DNA of 64,000 bases from Auanema rhodensis (GCA_964057225.1 OZ059896.1:11532001-11596000); one strand, 5' to 3'; positions 1 through 11,614 are shown, numbered from the stretch's first letter. The notes: generated by a model from the letters alone, not told the origin. A program made the numbers and translations.

Positions 1-375
1 GGGAGTTTTTTCTTTTTTCGGTGTTACAGCCAAGTGTGTTGGCGTTTTTTCGTCGTCCGATGGACTTAAATCGTTGTCAAACGAGTCGTCACTATCGGGA
101 AAAGGAAATCGAGAAATACGATTTCTCTTGTCTCTTAATCTTTGAGAGGTACGGAAAGGCGTATCCGTATAATTATTCTTGGAGGTTGCCGTTTTGGAAA
201 AGGAGAAAAGTCAGAACAATCTACAATGTAAAATAGTGGAATAAGTTAGTAAACAAGATAAGAATATGAATAGTTAATAGTGAATAAATTAGTGAATAAC
301 ATGAAAAAAAAATCGAAGAAAAAAAAAGATATATAATAATATGGGTTGAAGATTAATTAATTAATGAATTCAGTT

Positions 376-1366
376 AATGGAACACATATCGAAGGTTAAT
401 TCGATAAGATCGTTAAAACAGGTGCACTGAACCACACAAGAACCACATGGCAAACGTTTTGTTCATAAAAATATGATAAATAGCTGTACACCACATGTAC
501 CAAGTTGTCTAATATTTTCAAATTACATGAAAGAATAGTTTAAAGAACCTTTTTTTTAATTTTATATTAATATATTCTAATATACTAACTCAATAAAACA
601 CATATCGAAGGTTAACTCGATAGGATTCACAAACAATTGTGTTGTTTCCAATGGAACACATATCGAAGATTAATTCGATAAGATCGTTAAAACAGGTGCA
701 CTGAACAACACAAGAACCACATGGCAAACGTTTTGTTCATAAAAATATGATAAATAGCTGTACACCACATGTACCAAGTTGTCTAATATTTTCAAATTAC
801 ATGAAAGAATAGTTTAAAAAACCTTTTTTTTAATTTTATATTAATATATTCTAATATACTAACTCAATAAAACACATATCGAAGGTTAATTCGATAGGAT
901 TCACAAACAATTGTGTTGTTTCCAATGGAACACATATCGAAGATTAATTCGATAAGATCGTTAAAACAGGTGCGCTGACCCACACATGTACCACATGGCA
1001 ATAGTTTTGTTCATAAAAATATGATAAATAGCTGTACAGCACAAGTATCCATAACGCTAAAGAATACTTACTATGCCAAGGGGTCATGGGTATATACTTT
1101 TTAGTATCAAAAATGTTAATGGAACACATATCGAATATCAATTCGATAAGATTGGTGAAACAGATACGTTGACCTACAATGAACCAAATGGCAAAGCACT
1201 TGTTCATTAAAGTATAACAAATAGCTGTATAGCATATGCATCAAGATTTCTAATATTCTCAAATTACGTGGAAAGAAGAGTATATAGAAAAAGTTTTAGT
1301 GTGTATATTACTAATATTCTAATACCCTAACTCAAAGAACACATATCGAAGATTAATTCGATAAGA
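376..1366 (+). repeat. Maverick subterminal repeat block: ~274-bp units carrying the palindromic motif AATGGAACACATATCGAA-N6-TTCGATAAG
   Basis: Motif copies start near 376, 592, 650, 866, 924, 1118 and 1333. The spacings 376->650->924 are each 274 bp. Confidence 0.9.
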
Positions 1367-2059
1367 TTGTTGAAACAGGTGCGCTGACCACAACAATACA
1401 TGCGTATTTATTAACAGCGGATTGGCAACTGCCACTGTTGACAGCTGTAATATGATACAATGTTGAGTGTTGGCAACATTGTTACGTGACAATAAAACAA
1501 CTGACTGTTCTTGCAATGAAGTGTAATATAAATGTGTAAAATGAAATATGGATAACTACCTCTCAGAGTTTGCATAATTTTATTCTAACAAGATACAATG
1601 GCTGCTAACAGGTTGTGTTTTTTCTTATCTTTTTTTAAATTAAAATATTTATTTTCAGTTATAAGCGTGTATGTGAAGAGTTGGGGTTCGATTATGAGGA
1701 AATTTATCAACTCAGGTAATTTAACCATATTTTTAAAATATACATCTTTGTTTTTTTTTAGTAAGCGCATAAAGCTTACCGAGAGTGGTGGTGCTGAGCT
1801 CTGTGACCCCGCAATAACCACTTCCAATAGTGGTCCCTCGTCATCAAGGGTTATTGAAGTTATCACCTTGGATGACAGCGATAATGAGTAAGCTATCGTA
1901 TAATGAAAAAGCATGAAATTTTTTTTTCAGAGAATGGAATCCCGAGATGCCATCAACTAGTGGAGAACAATTAGGAGGCGGTTCATCCTTCAACGATATT
2001 TGTCAAATAAAGGTACGAGCTTTTAACTTTTTTTTTTTCATGTTACAATTCTTTTCACT

Positions 2060-2798
2060 CTATATCTTTTATTTGATTACATATCTTGAACAATTTTGAA
2101 TTCTGCCATCTATTTTTAAACAAATCATCATACATTTGGAGGCTTTTTGAAAAATTAAATTAAATCTTACCCCAAATCCATGCCATAATATCATTTATTA
2201 AATTTTTAATCATTAAATTACACTTAAATTTAAATATTTTGATGCTCAAAAACTGACACATTTAAATATTTTGTATTTTCTAAACCATTTCACTCCATCT
2301 CTTTTATTTAATCCCATATTTTAAACAGTTTTATAAGTCTACTATTATTTAATTTTGATTTATTAAATTTTTAATCATTAAATTACACTTAAATTTAAAT
2401 ATTTTGATGCGCAAAAACAGAAACATTTAAATATTTTGTTTTTTCTAAACCATTTCACTCCATCTATTTTAAACAATTTTATATTTCTACCACTATTTCA
2501 TAATTTCATTTTTTAAATTTTTAATCATTAAAAAACATTTAAATTTCAATATTGTGATGCTCAAAAACCGAAACATTTGAATATTTTGTATTTTCTAAAC
2601 CATTTCACTCCATCTCTTTTATTTAATTCCATATTTTAAACAAATTTAAATTTCTTTCACTTTTTCATAATTTCGTTTATTAAATTTTTAATCATTAAAA
2701 AACATTTAAATTTCAATATTGTGATGCTCAAAAACTGAAACATTTAAATATTTTGTATTTTCTAAACCATTTCACTTCATCTCTTTTATTTATATATA
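2060..2798 (+). repeat. Diverged monomers of the 167-bp satellite inside polB intron 4 (intron 2013-4614)
   Basis: The TGATGC(T/G)CAAAAAC..AAACATTT core recurs near 2240, 2405, 2555 and 2722, with a fifth partial copy near 4419 beyond the Tc1 insertion. Confidence 0.9.
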
Positions 2799-4379
2799 CA
2801 GTACCGGCCAAAAAGATATAGCCTCCATTGTTTTCAGATATATCATGAAATTAAGGATTTTCAAAAATATTTTTTTAAAAGAGATAATAATAATTTAAAA
2901 GTGCTTGTCAAATAGCTGCTGGTTACTAAGAAATTTAAAATATTTAATAAACAAGAAGGACATATCTGTACTTTGTTACGTTTTTCATCTCAAATTTTTC
3001 AATGCTTCTCAAATATTTAGTGTTTTTTTTGCATAGTTTTTGTTTTAAAGAAGTTTCAATTCTCAATCTAGATCATGCCACGTACAAGAGGAGCCAAAAA
3101 TATTCCTGAAGATGTCCAAAAAAGCATAGTAAATGGGCGTACTATGGGTTTGACTCATCGTCAACTTTCGCAGCAGTTCAACATCAGCAGAAAAGCTGTG
3201 ACCAACATGTTAACAAGATGGAGGGTCAACCAAGGATTCGTTCACAAGAAAAGCACCGGAAGACCAAGAATCACTACTGAAATATGTGATAGGAACATTG
3301 TGCGTATCAGTCGCAATGATCCAAGGAAGACGGATACACAAGTTCTAGAAGAATTAGAAGGCTTGAACTCAGTAAAACCTTCGTTACGGACTATCAGAAG
3401 AAGGTTAGGACAAGCTGGATTGAATGGACGTAGGCCTGTAAAAAAACCACTAATCTCTGAGAAGAACAGAAGACTGAGAGTACAGTGGGCGAAAGAGCAT
3501 GTTCAATGGACAAGAGAACAATGGAATAAAGTTTTATTCTCAGATGAATTAAAGTTCTCGTTGATGGGATCCGATGGCATACATTGGATACGAAGGCCAA
3601 TCAATCGAAGATTTGATCCAAAATACCAGATACCCACAATCAAGCATGGTGGTGGCTCATGCATTGTGTGGGGCTGTTTTAGCTCTCAAGGAACAGGGCC
3701 TCTTCACCACATAAAGACGATTATGGACCGTCAAGTCTACAAGGATATTTTACAGAACGTCATGTTCCCATATGCAAAGGATGCAATTGGTTCAAGCTTC
3801 ATTTTTCAAGAAGATAACGATCCAAAACATCGGGCGCAGGAAGTTAGAATGTGGCAGCGTGAACAAAATATTGAGCGTTTGGATTGGCCTAGCCAAAGCC
3901 CAGACTTAAATCCCATTGAACACCTTTGGGAAGAGTTGGCACGTCGGCTAATAGGAAAAACAGCAAGAAACATCAATGAAAAATTTTCTCAATTGCAGGA
4001 GGAATGGGAGAAAATCCCTATAGATAAAATCAATACACTCCTTGACTCAATGAAAACAAGATGCCAGCGAGTAATAGAAGCGAGAGGGTACGCTACGAAG
4101 TATTAACTTTTGTTCAAGTTGTATAAAATAACTATATTTGTTTATTAATTTTTTCATCATTTTGTGAGAGTTGGTGCAGTAGTTGCATTTGAAGAAAACA
4201 AACGTGTTAATGAATAAAAGTCTAAAAAACATTTTTTTTCTTAGTTTACGAGAAAATTTATACCCGAACACTAAAAAGTTGTTATGTTTCGCATAATTAT
4301 GAAAAAGTAATGTCTAATAACAGCAAACACAAAAAAAATTCAAAAAATATCAAAATGCTATATCTTTTTGGCCGGTACT
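2799..4379 (+). mobile_element. Tc1-family DNA transposon inserted at a TA in the polB intron
   Basis: Left TIR CAGTACCGGCCAAAAAGATATAGC at 2799, preceded by TA. The inverted copy at 4357-4379 lacks the terminal G. The empty site is visible in copy B near 54405-54455. Confidence 0.95.
3075..4106 (+). CDS. Tc1 DD34E transposase, 343 aa, intact and intronless
   Basis: N-terminal HTH, GRPR linker, [13 protein letters not shown] and [12 protein letters not shown] count 34 residues between the second catalytic D and the E. Confidence 0.95.
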   Translation: MPRTRGAKNIPEDVQKSIVNGRTMGLTHRQLSQQFNISRKAVTNMLTRWRVNQGFVHKKSTGRPRITTEICDRNIVRISRNDPRKTDTQVLEELEGLNSVKPSLRTIRRRLGQAGLNGRRPVKKPLISEKNRRLRVQWAKEHVQWTREQWNKVLFSDELKFSLMGSDGIHWIRRPINRRFDPKYQIPTIKHGGGSCIVWGCFSSQGTGPLHHIKTIMDRQVYKDILQNVMFPYAKDAIGSSFIFQEDNDPKHRAQEVRMWQREQNIERLDWPSQSPDLNPIEHLWEELARRLIGKTARNINEKFSQLQEEWEKIPIDKINTLLDSMKTRCQRVIEARGYATKY

Positions 4380-7300
4380 TAATTTTTATTTATTAAATTT
4401 TTAATCATTAAAAAAAATGATGCTCAAAAACTGAAACATTTAAATATTTTGTATTTTTCTAATCGTTTTGAAACAAACTAAACATATATTTGAAACCATT
4501 TCGGTTAAATAAAAAATAACGACTATAACAAACAAAGAGACATAATAATTATAAGCAAAAGATGAAACAATTCATATATATTTTTAAAACTGTTATAAAT
4601 GTTGTTTATTATAGTGGTCACACCGGCGCATAAAACGCACCGGTCGTTTTACCAACGTGGTCGTTCGATCGCTCACGTTCCCACACTTGGAAAATGTTGA
4701 TGAACCAATGCATGTTATCATGTTATTCAACAAATTCCTTGATCGTTGTCTTGCTGAAAGCGGTGTGCCTGATAAGCAAAAAGCCTTATTTTGTTTATCA
4801 ATTGAGCACCCTTCCTTTGAAAAGGGCTCCATATTTATGGACTTTCGTAGAAGGGAGCATCTGGATGGCGTAGCCATTATGAATGCCATCAGAAAGGTGC
4901 AGCAATCAAAACTGTAATCAGCCAGGCAATGAATATTGAGATGCATGTGTTTGATGAAAGGCCAGCGCAGCCAAGTCTGATGCCTGGTGAAGATAGAGTC
5001 GGGTTTTATTTTGACCCCGAACTCAAAATACCTGGAACCATTGCCAACACTGACTCACATTGTCTGGCTAGATCAGCAGTTGTGGGAATGTGGGAAGCTG
5101 ACGAGCTGGCCACTGAAGATGGCGATAAGAAGCGAAGGCTGCAAAACCTTCGTCGCAATTACATCTTATTGCCAAATCAGCCACACCATATCAATTTATT
5201 AACTAGGTGTGGCATTTCCGAAAATTTGCCAAATTATAATTTAATTCATTTAAACATTATTGCCAGCTGTAATACAAACTATAAGTTTGTAGTATATGCT
5301 AGACCGCCTGGACAGCGTATGTACACTATCCAGAAAATATTTAATGAAGCGGCTAGCAAATTGGTAACACTAGGTTACCGAAATAATCATTATGATTGTA
5401 TTACAGCTGGTAGTCGTTCAAAAATTTTTGACGGTATTATATGTCAACACTGTAAGTTATCTTACAACACAGTGTTGCATAGATGTAAAGCCAAATGTAA
5501 AAAATGCCCCACCTATAATTGTAATGCGATGGGGAATGTGGTTGAGAGTAGCGTGAGGTGTGATAGTTGTAGAGTTTTGTTTGAAACTCAACAATGCTTC
5601 GATAGGCATTTGCGAAAAGCCTGCCGAAAATTCAAGGTATTTTGTGAAAATTTAAAGTTGTACATAACAAGCTTAAATTCAGACATGTGTGGCGTGTGAT
5701 CACTATCACATGGTCCGTGCTGATAGACCGCACAATTGCAATGAAAAATTTTGCAAAAAGTGCGGTCAGACAAAGCCTGAAGAGCACTCTTGTTGTTGGG
5801 TTCCACCTAACGACAAGAAGAAGGCTCAGCTAAAAAAGAAGCACGAAAAGTTCAAGGTTTGTAGTTGTTATCTTTACAAATGTAATGCTTTCTTGTTTAA
5901 GCTCATATTTTATGACTTTGAAACAGTTGTGTTAAAAAACGGCACAAATGTTCATGAATATGCAGATGAACAATGGCCCAATATGGTTGTGTATAACAAA
6001 TTTTGTGAAAGTTGTATAGATGCCAATTCCTGTGAAAAATGCACAACCAAGGAGGGCCATTTTGGGTACCAACAAGGTGATAGTGAATGGTCTGTAACAG
6101 ATCGTTTCCTTGATTGGTTACTCAACTTTTCTGAGAATGATAATGCAATTTTGATTGCGCACAACGGGTCGCGCTTTGACATACATTTCTTGGTGTCTAG
6201 GCTGATAAACCGTGGAATATATCCTGACCCCATTTTAAATAGGACCAAGATTATTAGCATGGTTGTCAAGCCTTTAAGAGGTTAAAACATTAATCATTTA
6301 TGTTTTAAAGATAGTTATTTACTAGTGCCTTTACCCTTATCAGCGTTACCCAAGGCATTTGGTGTACCTGATATGAGTAAAGGACAATTTCCATACCTCT
6401 ATAATCACCCAATAAATTATGGCAAAGTGCTACCATCCTTGCCACCAAAGCATTACTATTGTACTGCTAGAATGAAAGCAGAAGACCTAGCTTCATTCAA
6501 TGCTTGGTATGAGGAGCGTAATCAAAGTGTGTTTGATTTTGATGAGGAGCTTCTGGAATATTGTAGGACAGTTGTCCGTATTTTAACCAACTGTATGAAA
6601 GTGTACATGAAGTTGGCCACCGCCACCACTGGAATCCTGTCATACAATGCATGACATTTGCAAGTTTTTCTTTATTCCAGGCAAGTTTTCAAAAATGCAA
6701 GCATTGTTTAAAGCAATTGTGTTTCAGTTGAAGATGAACCACATTAAAGAAAATCAAGTGGGTATTCTGCCTGAGACTGGTTATTATGCCGGCCAGAAGC
6801 AGAGTATAATTGCCATAAAATACATAAAATGGCTAGAACAAGGATTAGGCCGCCCATTAATGCATAAGCTTAATGGTGGTGAATTTGTTGTGAGAGTAGA
6901 TGGCCAACGCTATCTACTTGATGCTTATGACAGTGTGGCTAATCACGGCTATGAGGTGAGTAATTTGTAATAAATGTAAAAAATGAAAATTTTTGTAGTT
7001 TAATGGCTATATCTATCATGGTTGCCCCCAGTGCACCAACAAGACTGCTATTGCACCAGGCAGAAATGGTGAAACAATGGAAGAGGTAACCAATACTTTT
7101 TTTTAATCATTTTAAGCTGAAACATTTAGGTTTATGAAAAAACCATGAAAAGGTTTGAAGCTATTCAAAGCCAGGGCATTAGTGTAACTACTGTGTGGGA
7201 ACAGGAAATTACTGCTCAAATGTCATCAAATGAGCAAATGGCAAATTTTATGAAGGACACTGAGGTTGTAACTCGATTGGCACCTCGAGATGCCTTCACC

Positions 7301-8283
7301 GGCGGCCGAACTCAAACATATAAGCTTCTGGCCCAAGCTTCGGATAGATACTCACTAGAGTATGTGGACTTTTGTTCACTTTATCCATATGTAACAGCAT
7401 TTGATGCCTATTACCCTGTAGGTAATACCCACAAATTTGTTGTATCCTGTATTAGGAACACGCATAGGCGGTAAATTAATTTTTACAAACTGCCGCACAT
7501 GTGCAAACAGAGGCAAAAATGTAACATGCCCGCACCAAGATGATGAAGACGCTCGAAAGCTGCATCTGACTGTAACGCATGTAGAGCTCGAATGTGCCAT
7601 ACAGCGTGGCTACAAAGTGCTTCATGTTTATGAGGTTTGGCACTGGGATGAATGGCAGCAAGGAGGCTTATTCAAGGATTTTGTACAAAAGTACATAAAA
7701 ATTAAGCAAGAGGCATCGGGCTGGCCTAAGCTAAATATGACAGAGGCTGAAAAGGTATGTTTCATAAAAAGTATGGCATTAAATAACATTTTACAGCTAA
7801 ATTATCTCCAAGAGCACGAGAAGAACACTGGTGTTGCTCTGGAGAGCAACAAAATTGAAAAGAATGCGGCCATACGTAGCATTGCCAAACTACAGCTGAA
7901 TAGGTATGTAAACTTTTAAAAATAAAAATTTACAAATTTGCTTATAGTGTAAGGGGTAAAATGGGTCAAAGACCGGATAAAGCCCAAACCAAGATTATTG
8001 GTGTTGAGGATCCTGAAATTGGTAGGATCATAACTGATCCTGCAAGGGAGCTCACGGGCTTCAAAATTGTGGACGATGTGGCGTACTGTACAACAGTGCC
8101 AGAAGACTCACACTTGGCACCAGCGCCATTTACAAATGTAGCCATAGCGGCTTATACAACCGCTCATGCAAGGCTACTATTGTATAAGGCAATGGAAAAA
8201 ATTGGAAAGAACTTGGTGTATACAGGTAATTTTATACTTTGTATACAATTTAAACGTACATCATTTAGACACCGATTCTCTAA

Positions 8284-10043
8284 CGGTCACCGCTATTCGT
8301 TCATTCCTTGGAATGACAAATTATTTTCGGCGATTCATCAGAGACTACGCCAAAATAGCCGAACCGTTGTATCAACTCACACACAAGGATCAAGATTTCG
8401 AATGGACGGAAGAACGTGAAAAAGCATTCGAGACTCTCAAGAAAGCTCTATGCACAGCACCAGTTCTGAAGCCACCAACAAATGGAGCACCTTTTGTTAT
8501 TGAAAGTGACGCTAGTACTATTGCAATTGGAGCAGTCTTACTACAAGATACAGGAAATGGATTACACCCTGTTGCGTTCGCAAGTAGGAAGCTCTCACCT
8601 ACAGAAAGAAAATACCCACCTATCGAATTAGAAGCTTTGGCACTCGTCTACGCATTACAACAATTTCGCACATATGTTTTAGGCACGTCAACTAAGCTAA
8701 TAACGGATCATCGACCACTAACCAGTCTAATGAGTAGAAGAGATCTTATTGGAAGACTAGCGAAATATCAGTTAATGATCCAGGAATATGATATTGTGAT
8801 TATGTACCGTCCAGGACGTATGAATAGTGTATGTGATGCACTATCCAGATACATAGGCAACGAAGCTAACGATGGTCCTAAACCGAAGCTACAGAAGACA
8901 ACGCCAACAACAAGTTTAACGGATATCCAAGAAACCATCAACTATCTCATAAATGTAACCAATGTGGAAACTCTGGATACCGACAAACTAATTCAGTTAC
9001 AACAAGGAACACCATGGATTAAGGAAACTATTGCTGATATGTTAACGGAACAACCTAAAGTTGCATTATCAAGAAGATTCCATTGGACAAATATGATGGA
9101 AGATGCGAAAGAGATCGTCAGCCAATGCCTGATATGCGCAAAAAGGAAAATAAATCAACATGATACAACGAGAGAACCATATGGAAAGTTTGTTACCCCA
9201 CAAAAACCATTTGATAGGATTCATATGGATGTGACAGGACCTTTTTCCCCTAGCACTAATGGATTTAAATATATTCTTTCTATTCAAGATGCTTTTTCGA
9301 AATGGATAACGAGCATACCTTTACGCACACAGAATGCCGAAGAAACAGTCCGAAAGTTCCTGACGAATTTCGTCTTCATTTTTGGACCACCAGTGAGCAT
9401 CGTGTCTGACAATGGAGGAAATTTTAAATCTAAAGAATTCAAGTTAATGTGCAACGAATTTGGAATTGTACAAACCTTCTCTCTGCCATATCACAAAAAT
9501 ACAAACGGTCAAGTGGAACGACTACATCGAACCATCCAGGAATGTTTATCCACTTGTGCTGAAAACCGTGTCTCTCAATGGGCCTCACAATTACCTAAAA
9601 TCACATTCGCGTTAAATACAATCCCAAGTACAACTACCGGAATCAGCCCATACATTGCTTTATTTGGAAGAGACGCACGCCTACCTATGGACCGTCAATT
9701 ACCAGGACAACCTCATCTAAATTCTCCTGAAGATGACGAATTATTGGAAAGAAATGAGAACCGGAAAAATACCTGGGATTCTATTCAAGAAAAAATTCAA
9801 TTAAAATCAATTGAACAACAAAATCGGCTGAATAATAGTAACCGAATAGCATCACGTATATTTGAAATAGGTGAAATGGTACTATTGAAGGATATGACGG
9901 TTCACGGCAAATTGCGACCCACTTATAATGGACCGTTCAAAATTACAGGCGTATACAACTCATATGTGGAATTGGAAATGAGTCAAGGAAAGATGAGAAA
10001 AGTACATAAGGATCTCATCAAAAAGCTTGCTGCAACATTATGA
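8284..10043 (+). pseudogene. pol: Gypsy pol fragment: RNase H and integrase
   Basis: RNase H motifs ESDAST..IGAVL, ELEALA and TDHRPL. Integrase motifs HMDVTGP, SDNG, NGQVER and GPF. The 5' part is missing. Confidence 0.9.
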
Positions 10044-10100
10044 AAATTTTGGAAACCTTATGCATACCTGTGAGGACACAGGACTTCAAGAGCGGTAGCA

Positions 10101-10499
10101 TGTTATACTTTATAATTATGTACTTTATTCTTTCTATAATTTTTATGTATTTCTTTATTCTGTGTTTTATATTTTATATTTTATAATTCTAGTTTCTTGT
10201 CTTAGTGTATTATGTTATCAGTTATATTTTGCAGCTTCAGCATTTTCCGAGATAGTTATAATTGTCATTGACAACTTATAACCTTTCGTGGAAAATGCTG
10301 ATAACATTCGCTATATAAGCTTGCCATTCAACTGAATCTTCAGTTGGCGGACTTATCTTTATCTTTATTTGTTTATTGTTTAAATGTTTTTTATTTATAA
10401 TAAATCTTTCTCTCTTCCTCAAATCTTATTGTTTCTTTTACAACACATCAATCTAAGGGTCAATCATGGAATATTAATATCCAACTTAAGGATATTACA
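10101..10499 (+). repeat. Gypsy 3' LTR, 399 bp
   Basis: TGTTAT...ATTACA termini, a TATATAA near 10313 and AATAAA near 10399. Matches 14939-15337 in reverse, with different flanks beyond the CA end. Confidence 0.9.
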
Positions 10500-10552
10500 A
10501 TACCACCACTATCCTTCTGGTGTGATGTTTTTCAGCAAACTCTCGTAACATC

Positions 10553-10900
10553 TTAACCGGTAGCCAATTTTTGATATCGGCTCGAACCATCTTTGGTAAG
10601 GCGTTCGCTGGTATCATTTCCATCACCATCTTTACCATTCGTTCCATTACTATTATGAAGACGCCGAATATGACGCTGACAATTGAATCTTGTTCCAAAA
10701 GTTTCACTACAATAAGGGCACAAACGTCTACGAACACCATCCAAATGTCCATATTTTTGAATAAAGTCAGCATTGCTGATATAATTGTTACATACGGGTT
10801 GAATCCCGTCATGTCTTTTCAATACGTGATCACTAAAATGCTTGGCTGATGAAAATATTTCCTGGCACGTAACACAATACTTGTTACATAAAAGTTCCAT
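10553..10900 (-). CDS. Two-C2H2 zinc-finger protein (copy A), overlapped by a hydrophobic ORF at 10495-10812
   Basis: CVTC-x12-H-x4-H and CPYC-x12-H-x4-H. Homologue at 46758-47222. Confidence 0.65.
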   Translation of the reverse strand: MELLCNKYCVTCQEIFSSAKHFSDHVLKRHDGIQPVCNNYISNADFIQKYGHLDGVRRRLCPYCSETFGTRFNCQRHIRRLHNSNGTNGKDGDGNDTSERLTKDGSSRYQKLATG

Positions 10901-11158
10901 TAGAGGAAAATAAAAAACAACCACACACAGTCAACTCACTTTTATATAATGATTGGAATAATGACTAGTGTTGTACAAAAGCCTAGTCCCAGAGATATTC
11001 CTTTAATGAATGGCACTGAAATACGTTACAAAATCTTTTTGTACAGGGGTGTTGGCACAGATTGTTCCAACGTGTATCTTATACATAATTCACAGTGACA
11101 GGGAATATTCATAACTGACCACCTAATGTAGCAGGTGACGTTTTAATGGCAAAGTTGA

Positions 11159-11614
11159 TCATATGCTAGATAATTTATAGTCGAATACTTTATGCATAAA
11201 CGCTTTAATAAAGACATCATCGTTTTGTAATAGTTTAAAAAATGAACAGATGCTTTCAAATGTATTACCAGCTGACAACATTAGTATTACAAATATTGCA
11301 TAACTACCACAAGTGTATTCAATTATGCGTTGTGGTTTGCAAGTATTAACTTTTACATTTTTATATTTAGCCAAATAATGACGAATGTACTTGTTCATTT
11401 TATAACCCAAGCTACAGAAAAAGTAGGCTTGATCATTACGTACAAAGATGACTTGCTAATGTGTGCCCGGTTTATCGTGTGTGTCAGTATTTACAACAAG
11501 TGCAAAATTCTTTCGACGTGTTTTGGGTAGGGCCTCGGCGCTAAATACACCGAGGAATAGTTTTCGAGTGATGCGGACAGATCGCAAAAGTGACGCTATT
11601 TCAGACGAATACAT
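11159..11614 (-). pseudogene. Adenain-type cysteine protease with a premature stop
   Basis: Homologous to 47476-47931. The W of the catalytic HW motif is replaced by TAG near 11456. Confidence 0.85.

Larger units (their letters stand above)
373..8283 (+). mobile_element. Maverick/Polinton copy A, polB arm (subterminal repeats plus decayed polB); outer terminus missing, truncated on the right by a Gypsy fragment
   Basis: Same subterminal repeats as follow the Maverick termini at 33109 and 36897. The polB sequence is collinear with, but inverted relative to, 49909-55222. Confidence 0.88.
1598..8283 (+). pseudogene. polB: Spliced protein-primed family B DNA polymerase (pPolB), frameshifted and 3'-truncated
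   Basis: Exons 1598-1611, 1659-1715, 1762-1887, 1931-2012 and 4615 onward splice in frame. Motifs: ExoI IFYDFET, ExoII AHNGSRFD, pol A DFCSLYPY, pol B K..LNS..GK.GQ, pol C YTDTDS. Lesions relative to copy B include a 7-nt deletion near 4910, a stop at 6283-6285 and a frameshifting deletion near 7427. Confidence 0.9.
8282..10499 (+). mobile_element. Ty3/Gypsy LTR retrotransposon 3' fragment (RT connection, RNase H, integrase, 3' LTR)
   Basis: Near-identical reverse complement of 14939-17331. An in-frame internal deletion near 9060 removes the HH half of the integrase zinc finger. Confidence 0.93.

Noticed and set aside
376-1366. CRISPR-like array (33-bp palindromic repeat with spacers)
   Set aside because: The spacers are themselves repeated and vary from ~20 to ~190 bp. 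There are no cas genes and the context is a eukaryotic transposon.
8166-8283. N-terminus of the 625-aa ORF as a native gene start
   Set aside because: It is an out-of-frame reading of a polB exon plus an intron. The ORF is a rearrangement product.
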